Both the position numbers and the translations under genes were made by a program. A stretch of 64,000 nt of DNA from Candidatus Kuenenia stuttgartensis (lineage in GTDB: Bacteria > Planctomycetota > GCA-002687715 > CAIWVZ01): assembly GCA_945860915.1 (NCBI GenBank), contig CAMARR010000009.1, forward strand, positions 41,034 through 105,033, written 5' to 3'. The number at the start of each line of letters is the position of its first letter. The stretch's first letter is position 1. The notes under the pieces were generated by a model. It did no database searches, was not told the DNA's origin, and saw only the letters and a list, made by a program, of their open reading frames with translations. Below are positions 9,135 to 17,388 of this stretch, in pieces.

Positions 9135-10562
9135 ATGACGAACGCGGAACTGGGCGCCTCGGCCCCCACGATCGACGTTTGGAGTTTCGCGACTGAGAAG
9201 TCGCCCTCCCTCGATTCGCTACTTACGACCAAGCAACTAGTTTTGACGGATCGCAGCGCACGACGCGCGATTGACCGTCAGCTTAATTCGCTCGGCGATG
9301 GGAGTTCTGATCCGCGCAACGCCGGAATCGCCCGCTGGATGCTCGGCCAATACCACCTCGCGTTCGGCTTCCTCAAGCAATCAGGCGCAACCGGCCAAGC
9401 GATTGAGTTCATGCTCGCCGAGTGCTGTCTGCGTTCAGAAGTCCAAGAAGGCACTGCACGTCCGATGCGTCGTCCAGACCTCGCCGTGAAGCGCTTATCC
9501 CGACACGAAAAGGCCCAAACCGATATTCGTGTTTGGCGCCTGTGGATGGATGCCCTCCTCTATTCCGAGGACTTCGTTGGACTCGTCAATGCAGTGAAGA
9601 ACTGTCCGAACGCGTTCAAGGATGGCGCTGACATCAATTACTACGACGGTCGCTGCCTCGAAGCGGAGGGCCAACGCATTGAAGCCTCTGGCAAATACGA
9701 CGCCGCGCTCCAGCGCGACCCGGACCACCTTCCATCGTTGTTCCGCCAGGCGTACCTGTGCGACCTAGTCGGCGACGAAGATCGCGCGCTCGCTCTCTAT
9801 GAGGCGGCGGCGCAGCACGAGCCGAAGGACACGCACACTCTGATCAACCTCGGCATCCTGCACGAGGACAGTGGCCGCTACGAACAAGCCGTCGCCTGCT
9901 ACAAGGCGATTCTTGATTCGTTCCCGAACCACCGACGCGCCCGTCAATACATGAAGGACGCTGAATCGTCACTCAACATGCGCGTCGAGGACGAGCATCG
10001 CGGCGGCACCGAGCGTCAGAACCTCATGTTCAAGGTCCCAGTTACGGACCTCGAGTTGTCAGTTCGGGCACGCAACTGCCTCCAGAAGATGAACATCCAG
10101 ACCATCGGCGACCTCGTAGGTCGTACCGACGGCGAACTCCTCGCCTACCGAAATCTTGGCGATACAACGATCCAAGAAATCAAGTCGGTCCTCGCCTCAA
10201 AGGGCCTCCGCCTCGGCATGATCGTCTCCTCGACGCCTTTGCCGCCGCTTGAGATTCCGCAGGACGACGATTTCGATCTCGCGGATCTCGCGGGAGATTT
10301 CCCTGGCGAACCACCCACGGGCATCGGCTCACTTCCGGTTCCAGAAGGCATCAGCGACGAGACTCTGAACATCAACCTCTCGGAATTGGATCTTTCGATC
10401 CGTTGCCGCAAGGCGCTTCAGGCGCTCAAGGTCACCTCAATTCGGGACCTCCTCACCCATAGCGAAGCTGAACTCCTTTCACTCAAGAACTTCGGACTCA
10501 CAAGTCTGACTGAGCTCAAGTCAAAGTTGGCTGAATTCGGCGTCACCGTCCGCGGCGGCTGA
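9135..10562 (+). CDS. TPR-repeat protein with two C-terminal RpoA alpha-CTD-like domains
   Basis: The track ORF starts at 8955. I prefer ATG 9135 (MTNAELGAS), because the upstream 60 codons are Arg/Pro-rich junk. The middle region has TPR-like repeats (YYDGRCLEAEGQRIEASGKYDAALQRDPDH.., LINLGILHEDSGRYEQAVACYKAILDSFPNH). There are two copies of the alpha-CTD motif: DLELSVRARNCLQKMNIQTIGDLVGRTDGELLAYRNLGDTTIQEIKSVLASKGLRLGM and LDLSIRCRKALQALKVTSIRDLLTHSEAELLSLKNFGLTSLTELKSKLAEFGV. Confidence 0.75.
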   Translation: MTNAELGASAPTIDVWSFATEKSPSLDSLLTTKQLVLTDRSARRAIDRQLNSLGDGSSDPRNAGIARWMLGQYHLAFGFLKQSGATGQAIEFMLAECCLRSEVQEGTARPMRRPDLAVKRLSRHEKAQTDIRVWRLWMDALLYSEDFVGLVNAVKNCPNAFKDGADINYYDGRCLEAEGQRIEASGKYDAALQRDPDHLPSLFRQAYLCDLVGDEDRALALYEAAAQHEPKDTHTLINLGILHEDSGRYEQAVACYKAILDSFPNHRRARQYMKDAESSLNMRVEDEHRGGTERQNLMFKVPVTDLELSVRARNCLQKMNIQTIGDLVGRTDGELLAYRNLGDTTIQEIKSVLASKGLRLGMIVSSTPLPPLEIPQDDDFDLADLAGDFPGEPPTGIGSLPVPEGISDETLNINLSELDLSIRCRKALQALKVTSIRDLLTHSEAELLSLKNFGLTSLTELKSKLAEFGVTVRGG

Positions 10563-10577
10563 GACTAAGGACGCGCC

Positions 10578-11177
10578 GTGTACGAGCACCTGCACGGCCG
10601 TGTGATCTCCAAGACCCCTGCGTCTCTCGTCATCGAGACCGCCGGGGTCGGTTGGTTTGTGGAGACCTCGATCAGGACAGCCGGGCGATTCCGCGTCGGC
10701 GAAGACGTGCGTGTGTTTGTCCACCACCGTCAAAACGAAGACTCACAGAGGTTGTTTGGATTCGCTGACGAGGATGAACGCGACCTCTTTCGACGTCTCC
10801 TTCGCATTTCTGGCGTCGGTCCTTCCCACGCGTTGAATCTCCTCTCGGCTTTGGATCCGGCCGCCTTTTGGGCGATCGTGCGCGAAGGATCGGAGAAACG
10901 ACTCTCAGCGTCGAAGGGTATTGGCCCAAAGATTGCCCAACGCGTCCTCACTGAGCTTAAGGACGAAGCGGGCCGACGCACTCCCCGACGCTCGAATGAG
11001 GCGGGTGGGGAATCGGCCACGACACCGTCAGGACTCGAGGGTGACGCCATCGGCGCGTTGATCGTCTTAGGCTACAGCGAGTCTGCCGCAGTCAAGGCGG
11101 TGCTGGCCGCGATTCGCAAGCTTGGCTCCGAGTCCTCAGTGGACGTCGTGGTCCGCGAAGCCCTCAAGTCGTCCTAG
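10578..11177 (+). CDS. ruvA: Holliday junction branch migration complex subunit RuvA
   Basis: 199 aa, GTG start. OB-fold N-terminus (LHGRVISKTPASLVIETAGVGW) and two HhH motifs (LLRISGVGPSHALNLLS, KGIGPKIAQRVLTELK). Confidence 0.9.
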   Translation: MYEHLHGRVISKTPASLVIETAGVGWFVETSIRTAGRFRVGEDVRVFVHHRQNEDSQRLFGFADEDERDLFRRLLRISGVGPSHALNLLSALDPAAFWAIVREGSEKRLSASKGIGPKIAQRVLTELKDEAGRRTPRRSNEAGGESATTPSGLEGDAIGALIVLGYSESAAVKAVLAAIRKLGSESSVDVVVREALKSS

Positions 11178-11197
11178 CCATACTGCGGCCGCGTTTT

Positions 11198-12436
11198 CTA
11201 GCGCCCAGGGCGGGTCGTCGAATCGTCTGGAATCTCGATCGGACGAAGCCCGTCGACTTTCGGCGTCACTGGTTCTGGAGGCTTCAGGTCCGCGAGTTTC
11301 TTCCGGAACTGCGCCACCGTGAAGTCCGAGAGAAGAAACACTTTCGAATCGCCGGCCACGGAGGCATAGCGCGACACGAGGTTTTTCCGTACGGGATCGT
11401 CAGATGGTGGTGCCTTGGCGCCAACCTTCATCGATCGCACCGTGCCGTCCGCGAACGTCAATTCAATCGATACCGATGGGCGGTCGAATCCGAACTGGGC
11501 AAGCGACGGATCGGTTCCCGCAATGTCATCGCAGCGCGCAAACAACAACAACCGTGCGAGGTTGTCCACCATAGGTGTATGAAGCAGTGCCTGCTGATAG
11601 GGCTCTGCCGCCTGATACCGACGCTCCTTCTTAGTCGTTGGCTTAGTATCGGATGGGTTTTCGTCAACCTTCGGGCCAGACGGTGACGCCACAACGGGGA
11701 CATCCTCCTCCTTTGCAGTCATGACAAGCCGCAATCGATCCGGTGGGATTGTGGGGACCGTTTCAGGCTGTGACTCGGGCTGCGAGCCCGGCGGAGGCAG
11801 ATCGTCAAATTCGAGTTGGATCTTGGAGACTTTCCCAACGAGCTCGGCGACGTCTTTCGGCTCAATAGATGGGAAAAGTCGATTGTCCAACCAATACGAG
11901 GCCTTCGGATAGACCAGATGCTGCAGCTTCTTCGAATGCGTCCAAACCGTCTCCGTCCCTGTCACACGAAGATAATTTCCCGCATCGTTGAAACTACGAT
12001 CCCCCGCCTGATCGACGGTACCGACGACGAGGTCTAAGAGAACCTTGGACTGTGCGCCCATGAATCGGAGGCGCTTAGCCTTCACCGGATCCAATCCAAA
12101 CTGAACGTCCATGCGGGTCGAGTCGGCAACTCGCTCAGCCTTGTCGATCTCAGAGAACACACCGGCAAGCTCGTCGGCCCGCTGAGAGTTGACTGGTGCA
12201 TCGAATTTGGCTGGGAAAACCCAGCCTTTCTCGCCGCGACGGAGAAGAATCGTCTCCGTTGCGTCCGAGATCTCGATCTCCACCACGTCGGCAGCCTTCA
12301 GAGCGGCCGGCGGCCTCACGTCATCGCGTACGTTGCGTACACGCTCCGCCTTGGAGGCCGAGAATCGCGGGAGCACTCCGACGACGAGCAGGACAACGAA
12401 TAACAAAGAGAGGATCATCAACGTGCGACGATTCAC
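11198..12436 (-). CDS. DUF4340-like single-pass membrane protein (last gene of the ABC-2/GldG cluster)
   Basis: 412 aa, GTG start, N-terminal TM helix (LMILSLLFVVLLVVGVL). The assignment rests mainly on its position after a GldG-like gene, a recurrent arrangement. No catalytic motif was seen. Confidence 0.5.
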   Translation of the reverse strand: MNRRTLMILSLLFVVLLVVGVLPRFSASKAERVRNVRDDVRPPAALKAADVVEIEISDATETILLRRGEKGWVFPAKFDAPVNSQRADELAGVFSEIDKAERVADSTRMDVQFGLDPVKAKRLRFMGAQSKVLLDLVVGTVDQAGDRSFNDAGNYLRVTGTETVWTHSKKLQHLVYPKASYWLDNRLFPSIEPKDVAELVGKVSKIQLEFDDLPPPGSQPESQPETVPTIPPDRLRLVMTAKEEDVPVVASPSGPKVDENPSDTKPTTKKERRYQAAEPYQQALLHTPMVDNLARLLLFARCDDIAGTDPSLAQFGFDRPSVSIELTFADGTVRSMKVGAKAPPSDDPVRKNLVSRYASVAGDSKVFLLSDFTVAQFRKKLADLKPPEPVTPKVDGLRPIEIPDDSTTRPGR

Positions 12437-12457
12437 GGTGTCATGTCTCCTAAAGAC

Positions 12458-14350
12458 TCAACTTACGGACGGAGTGTCTTCGCCACCCGATGGCGTCGAT
12501 ACGGCTGCGGCTGGCACGATAGGAGCCGTTGCCACGGCAACCGATCTGTGCGACGGCACGAATGTCTGCGCCTTCCTGATGATGAAGACTACGATTCCGA
12601 ACGCAATCAGAGCCAACGGCATCAGGGCAATGTTGTTGAACAAGATCTTGTCGCGGTCGGCCTTGACCTTGACCTCGTCGACGGATCGATCGGCCAATCG
12701 TGGGCGTCGAATTTCGACCATTTCCGGGCCAAGAATCGAAGCGTCCACCATATTAAGCAGCATCACCGAAGAATTGACCAAGGCTCGAGCACCGGTGATG
12801 GCACCGAGGCGCTGACCAAAAAGCGTTGGCCAAACATCGAATGCGAAGTCGGCGTCGGCGATGACCCATAGTTGGGGGTTGATCCCCTCCTTCGAATCAT
12901 CGAGACCTGGAGGGAGCTTCGGCGCTTCAGGCGCTACGTCTCCGGCGACGGGGACGTCCTTCCCAGCGAAATACGACTTTAGTCGGCCATTGGCTCGCAT
13001 GACGAGAGGACGCCGTGCAAACCCCTCTGTTGGCGGTGCTACCGCGAAAGGAATCGCATCCTTCGCGTCAATGACCCACGCATTGGATGAGGACGAAACA
13101 AGTGTCGTGAGCTTGCCCCGCGGATGGGTCTTGGCGAATGCGTCGCTGTTTACTTCAAATGGCGACGGTGCGAGGAATCCAAGTTGCGAGATTCCCGTGA
13201 GGCAAAGTTCGGTGGCGTCAACTTGGCCGGTCGAGTTCGAATCCTTGTCCGACTCGATCACATTGATCAAAGCGGGCAGATCGGTATTCACCGGAGCCAT
13301 CACATACATGGGGACGCCCCCTGGTCCGACGACTTGTTGCCTACCTAAGCGCTGCGACTGGAAGCACGCCTTGTCGAGCAAAGCGCCGGCAGATGGCTTC
13401 ATTCCGAAGTGAGTCAACCAATCGTCAATGCCCGTCTTCACGGCGCGAGGAACGAAATTGCCCTGCTGAAGGCCCGCCGAAATCGGCTGTTCTCGATCGA
13501 AGTCAAGAACCGACACGGAGTCGTGCATCACAATGACGCGACCTCCCCTCATGAGGTACTGGTCGAGTTGATAAACCTCAACCTCCGTGAACGCTTCCGG
13601 GCGAAAGAGGATGAGTGCCTTGACGTCATCGGGTACTGGCACGCCATTTTTCAGCGAGACGTCCTTCACCCGGCAATGAGTAGCAAGCCGATCACGGAAT
13701 CCCTTAAGTCCGTCCATGCCCTCTTGGGGTTGGCCCGGATTCTGCGGGTTCTGCGGCGGGACCTTCTTGTCGCTAATAATGCCAACGGACACATCAGGCT
13801 GAGTTACGCGTAGCAGTCGAGCGGAGATAAACCCGGGCAACGCGGCAAGCGCACGCTCCTCCTTGAGGATGTCCTGCCCGATGTCCGTCATGGGCAACGT
13901 GGCGATCTCCTTCCCATGGCGGAACACCATCGTCATCCAGTAGACACCTGCAACGGCTTCGCCTCCACGAACGTCCTGGAGCGATAGGGGCTGCAGCTTG
14001 AGCTCGCTTAACTTCTTGAGCAGGTCCTGATCTTGACCTGGGTCAACGAACTCCCATTCGATCTTGCCATCCGCGTACCGATTCATCTCCTTAAGCCTCG
14101 TCGAGACAGTCCGACTTAGATGACGAAGGTACGAAGGCATCGGGTCGGAGAGATAGACGGTGACCTTACAGGTGTCTGTGAGGCCTGCACAGATTCGACC
14201 CACTGCTGGAGGAAGCGTGAATCGCTCGTCCTGTGTCAGGTCCTTTTCGAGGCGAATATCAGATACGGCGATATTCAGAACGACGGTGATTCCTGTCATC
14301 AGGACGCCACCAGCCACCCACGACCAAAATCGGCTTCGCGAGACGTTCAT
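12458..14350 (-). CDS. GldG-like ABC-transport auxiliary protein
   Basis: The track ORF runs to 14383. I prefer ATG 14350 (MNVSRSRFWSW), which removes the overlap with the permease gene. There are TM helices at both the N- and C-termini around a large soluble region. The gene sits directly after the ABC-2 permease. Confidence 0.6.
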   Translation of the reverse strand: MNVSRSRFWSWVAGGVLMTGITVVLNIAVSDIRLEKDLTQDERFTLPPAVGRICAGLTDTCKVTVYLSDPMPSYLRHLSRTVSTRLKEMNRYADGKIEWEFVDPGQDQDLLKKLSELKLQPLSLQDVRGGEAVAGVYWMTMVFRHGKEIATLPMTDIGQDILKEERALAALPGFISARLLRVTQPDVSVGIISDKKVPPQNPQNPGQPQEGMDGLKGFRDRLATHCRVKDVSLKNGVPVPDDVKALILFRPEAFTEVEVYQLDQYLMRGGRVIVMHDSVSVLDFDREQPISAGLQQGNFVPRAVKTGIDDWLTHFGMKPSAGALLDKACFQSQRLGRQQVVGPGGVPMYVMAPVNTDLPALINVIESDKDSNSTGQVDATELCLTGISQLGFLAPSPFEVNSDAFAKTHPRGKLTTLVSSSSNAWVIDAKDAIPFAVAPPTEGFARRPLVMRANGRLKSYFAGKDVPVAGDVAPEAPKLPPGLDDSKEGINPQLWVIADADFAFDVWPTLFGQRLGAITGARALVNSSVMLLNMVDASILGPEMVEIRRPRLADRSVDEVKVKADRDKILFNNIALMPLALIAFGIVVFIIRKAQTFVPSHRSVAVATAPIVPAAAVSTPSGGEDTPSVS

Positions 14351-14360
14351 GGGGATCTCC

Positions 14361-15119
14361 TCAGGAAGCTTTCCGAGCTTCAAGTGTGACCACGTTCAGG
14401 AACAGGAAGAGCCCCGTGAACGAAGCGAAGTACACCAAGTCCCGGATGTCGAGGACACCGCGAGCCATACTTTCAAACCGCACGGTGAACGAAATCTGCC
14501 GCGCAATGTCGGAAAACCAGTCCGCCGATTGGATTAAAAAAGCGCTCGTTCCGAGCATGACCAGCATGCCGCACGTGAATAGGGCGACGATGAACGCGGT
14601 CACCTGTTCGCGGCACAACGCGCCTGCGAAGAGTCCGACCGAGAGGAACGCGCCGCCAAGCAGCAAGGAAGCGGCGTAGGACCCCCACACCGGCCCCCAA
14701 TCGAGCCCATGACTTGTCCGCGCATAGGCCTGAACAGTGAGGGGCGTGACAAGAGTCAGAGCAAGAGCGGCGGCGATAAGCGCCAGTCCCGCGAGGAACT
14801 TGCCAAAGACCACTTGCCATGGCCGCACGGGGAACGTCATCAGGAGCTCGAGCGTCCCGAGCTTGATTTCATCGGGCCACAAACGCATCGCGAGCGCCGG
14901 CACGATGATCACGAACGCTGATGGCAAGGCCTGAAATAGCGATTCGAGGCTCGCCTCCTTGACCTGTACGCCCGTGAACGACCCGCCTGCAGCAATGTTG
15001 CCGAAGAAGTAGTTCACTCCTAGCCACAGAAGAAATAGGATCAGAAAGATGTAAGCGAGCGGCGATGTCACAAAGCCGCGAAACTCTTTCCAAAAGATGG
15101 TGCTTATAGGTCCCATCAC
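14361..15119 (-). CDS. ABC-2 type transporter permease
   Basis: 252 aa, about six hydrophobic helices. The start (GTG 15119 or ATG 15116) overlaps the ATPase stop (GTGATG context). Confidence 0.7.
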   Translation of the reverse strand: MMGPISTIFWKEFRGFVTSPLAYIFLILFLLWLGVNYFFGNIAAGGSFTGVQVKEASLESLFQALPSAFVIIVPALAMRLWPDEIKLGTLELLMTFPVRPWQVVFGKFLAGLALIAAALALTLVTPLTVQAYARTSHGLDWGPVWGSYAASLLLGGAFLSVGLFAGALCREQVTAFIVALFTCGMLVMLGTSAFLIQSADWFSDIARQISFTVRFESMARGVLDIRDLVYFASFTGLFLFLNVVTLEARKAS

Positions 15120-15841
15120 GCTGCCCCCCCGGCCGCCGTAAGACGACGGAATGCTTCCTCAAGCGTCGCAACGCCGAGGCCCGACGCGAGGTCTCGCGGC
15201 GTACCGTCGGCGACAATGCGCCCTTCGTTGATGATGAGTGCGCGCCCGCAGGTGGCCTCAACCTCAGACAAAATGTGGCTGCAGAGAATGACTGTTCGTT
15301 CACGCCCAACGCCGCGAATGATCTCACGCACCGGCACGACCTGATTTGGATCAAGTCCAACCGTAGGTTCGTCGAGAATCAGTAACTCGGGCTCATGCAG
15401 CAGCGCCTGAGCTATGCCAAGGCGTTGGCGATACCCCTTCGAGAGCGTCTTCACTGGGGCGCGCCATTTCGGGCCGAGATCGGTCTGTGACACCACGGCA
15501 TCAATGCGTTCTTTCGCTCGGCCCGACGACATACCTCGCAACGACGCTGCGAAGTTAAGGTGCTCCTTGACCGTCATGTCCGCATAGAGAGGCGTGTGCT
15601 CGGGGAGGTATCCGATGCGTCGACGGGCTTCGAGCGAGTTCTCTACGACGTCGAAGCCCGCAACCTTGACGCTTCCCGCCGTTGGCAGAAGCGATCCGGT
15701 CAGGATCTTCATGGTCGTCGACTTGCCCGCACCATTCGGCCCTAGAAAACCCACCACTTCCCCGCGCGCTACGGAGAACGTGATTCCAACGACCGCATGG
15801 AATGAGCCGTAACTCTTCCACAAGTCCTTCACATCAATCAT
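15116..15841 (-). CDS. ABC transporter ATP-binding protein
   Basis: The track ORF starts at TTG 15850; I prefer ATG 15841 (MIDVKDLWKSYG). Walker A GPNGAGKST, signature LSKGYRQRLGIAQAL, Walker B LILDEPTVGLD. Confidence 0.9.
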   Translation of the reverse strand: MIDVKDLWKSYGSFHAVVGITFSVARGEVVGFLGPNGAGKSTTMKILTGSLLPTAGSVKVAGFDVVENSLEARRRIGYLPEHTPLYADMTVKEHLNFAASLRGMSSGRAKERIDAVVSQTDLGPKWRAPVKTLSKGYRQRLGIAQALLHEPELLILDEPTVGLDPNQVVPVREIIRGVGRERTVILCSHILSEVEATCGRALIINEGRIVADGTPRDLASGLGVATLEEAFRRLTAAGGAA

Positions 15842-15924
15842 CGGTTCCAAACGAACTCTCCGAAGAGGCCCATGACATGCGGCCCCCTTATTGCTGTGTT
15901 GTTATCGCTTCCGCCGGCCATGGG

Positions 15925-17094
15925 CTACTCTATCGCGAAAACGGTGCCGGAAAGCCCACATACGATGCAAAGTCCATCGACGATCGCTGCGGACGCAGAG
16001 AAGGCCTCGCCTAAATCGGCGACTTCGCCACCCACCCCGGTTGCGGCATCGAAAACCCATAACTTCGAATCGGCGCCGGGCACGACGATCTTATCTCCGA
16101 CGACCACGGGGGATGCATCCAAAGTCCGCTCGGTTCGCGCGAACCAAAGCTGCTTGCCATCAACGGGATTGAATCCCAGCACGAACGGACCACCTGATGT
16201 GTAGACGCGCTCGTCGTCCGAAGCGCAGGAAGTTCGATACTGTCCAACGCTCTCGGTTTTCCAAAGGACGTTGCGGGAGAATGCATCGACTCCGGTAAAC
16301 TTGCCGCCAGCCGGCCAGAAACAGTACACACCCGCCGCGAGAGTCGGCGTTGAGGTCGAGTGGCCGCCGGTGTCGACCGCCTTCACGAGCGTCCCTGATT
16401 TTAGATTGATGATGTGCAGCTTCTTATCACGCCCAGTGACGGCTGCTTCTTCGCCGAGAATACAAGCCGATCCGCCAATCTCCCCGCCGAGTTTAAGCTT
16501 CCACACCAGATCGCCCTTCTTCGGGTCGATCGCATAGAAGTAACCGTCCAAGCCGCCGACGTAGACATTGCGACCGTCCGTCTTAGGCGAGGACCAAACC
16601 TTGTCGCCCGTTTGGACCTTCCAAGCAACGGATCCGTCTTTTCGCGAAATTCCGTAAATCCGCCCTTCATCACTTCCGATGACGATGACCTCGTCAAGCA
16701 CGAGTGGCGTGCTCCAGCCGAAGCCCCTCGGAGATTCCTTCGGAAGATCTTGGGGCGAAATCTTCTTTTCCCAGCGACGATTTCCAGTCGCGAAATCCAG
16801 TGCGTGGACCGAACCTTCCTTGGTCGCGACATAGACCACCCCATCCGCGACAACAGGCGACGACTGCATCCCGCTCTCTGCGACGTACTTCCACCGAACG
16901 GCCTTGAACGTTGGAACCTTGCCGTAGGATCGAGCAAGATTCGTTGCGTTGCCACGCCATTCTCGCCAGCCGCCATCGGCTGTTCCAACGAGGGCCGGCC
17001 GTGAAGCGGGTCGGCTCGCGGGTACTTGCGCAAACGCGGTCGCCGACATGGCAAGAACGAGAAAGGCGAGGGCGATGTGGCGAATGGGGTTCAT
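15925..17094 (-). CDS. secreted PQQ-like beta-propeller repeat protein (BamB-like fold)
   Basis: The track ORF starts at TTG 17100. ATG 17094 gives the signal peptide MNPIRHIALAFLVLAMSATAFAQ. Repeated propeller-blade motifs are present (GVVYVATKEGSVHALDFATGNRRW, NVYVGGLDGYFYAIDPKKGDLVW, RIYGISRKDGSVAW). Confidence 0.7.
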   Translation of the reverse strand: MNPIRHIALAFLVLAMSATAFAQVPASRPASRPALVGTADGGWREWRGNATNLARSYGKVPTFKAVRWKYVAESGMQSSPVVADGVVYVATKEGSVHALDFATGNRRWEKKISPQDLPKESPRGFGWSTPLVLDEVIVIGSDEGRIYGISRKDGSVAWKVQTGDKVWSSPKTDGRNVYVGGLDGYFYAIDPKKGDLVWKLKLGGEIGGSACILGEEAAVTGRDKKLHIINLKSGTLVKAVDTGGHSTSTPTLAAGVYCFWPAGGKFTGVDAFSRNVLWKTESVGQYRTSCASDDERVYTSGGPFVLGFNPVDGKQLWFARTERTLDASPVVVGDKIVVPGADSKLWVFDAATGVGGEVADLGEAFSASAAIVDGLCIVCGLSGTVFAIE

Positions 17095-17250
17095 AAGCAA
17101 GGTAGGGAACTATACCGGGAAACTCGGGCTAGGCGACGTGGGTTTCTGCCCTACGCCTGACTTACGCATCTGGCTCGACAGGGCTCCGTTTGGGCTAGCC
17201 CTTGTCCTTCGAGCCACCGCTGCTAATAACTCCCTTCTGGAATTCATGCC

Positions 17251-17388
17251 ATGAAGACGAACGTACGTAACAGCAGGCTCAAGTGGCTCAAGAAAGTCGG
17301 CTTCCTCACTCGGATGAAGACGAAGGGCGGACGCAACATCATCAAGCGTCGTCGCCGCATCGGGCGCACCTTGACTTCAAAGGGCTAA
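17251..17388 (+). CDS. rpmH: 50S ribosomal protein L34
   Basis: Below the 60-aa cutoff of the ORF track. My translation is MKTNVRNSRLKWLKKVGFLTRMKTKGGRNIIKRRRRIGRTLTSKG (45 aa), which matches the L34 pattern (..GFxxRMxTxxGRxxxxRRRxxGR..). Its stop TAA interlocks with the stop of the convergent sensor gene (CTAA, 17385-17388). Confidence 0.85.
   Translation: MKTNVRNSRLKWLKKVGFLTRMKTKGGRNIIKRRRRIGRTLTSKG

Noticed and set aside
11178-11197. A GCGGCCGC palindrome in the 20-nt gap between the convergent ruvA and DUF4340-like stops, considered as a possible bidirectional terminator.
   Set aside because: The 8-nt palindrome has no loop and cannot form a stable hairpin. It is too short to call.
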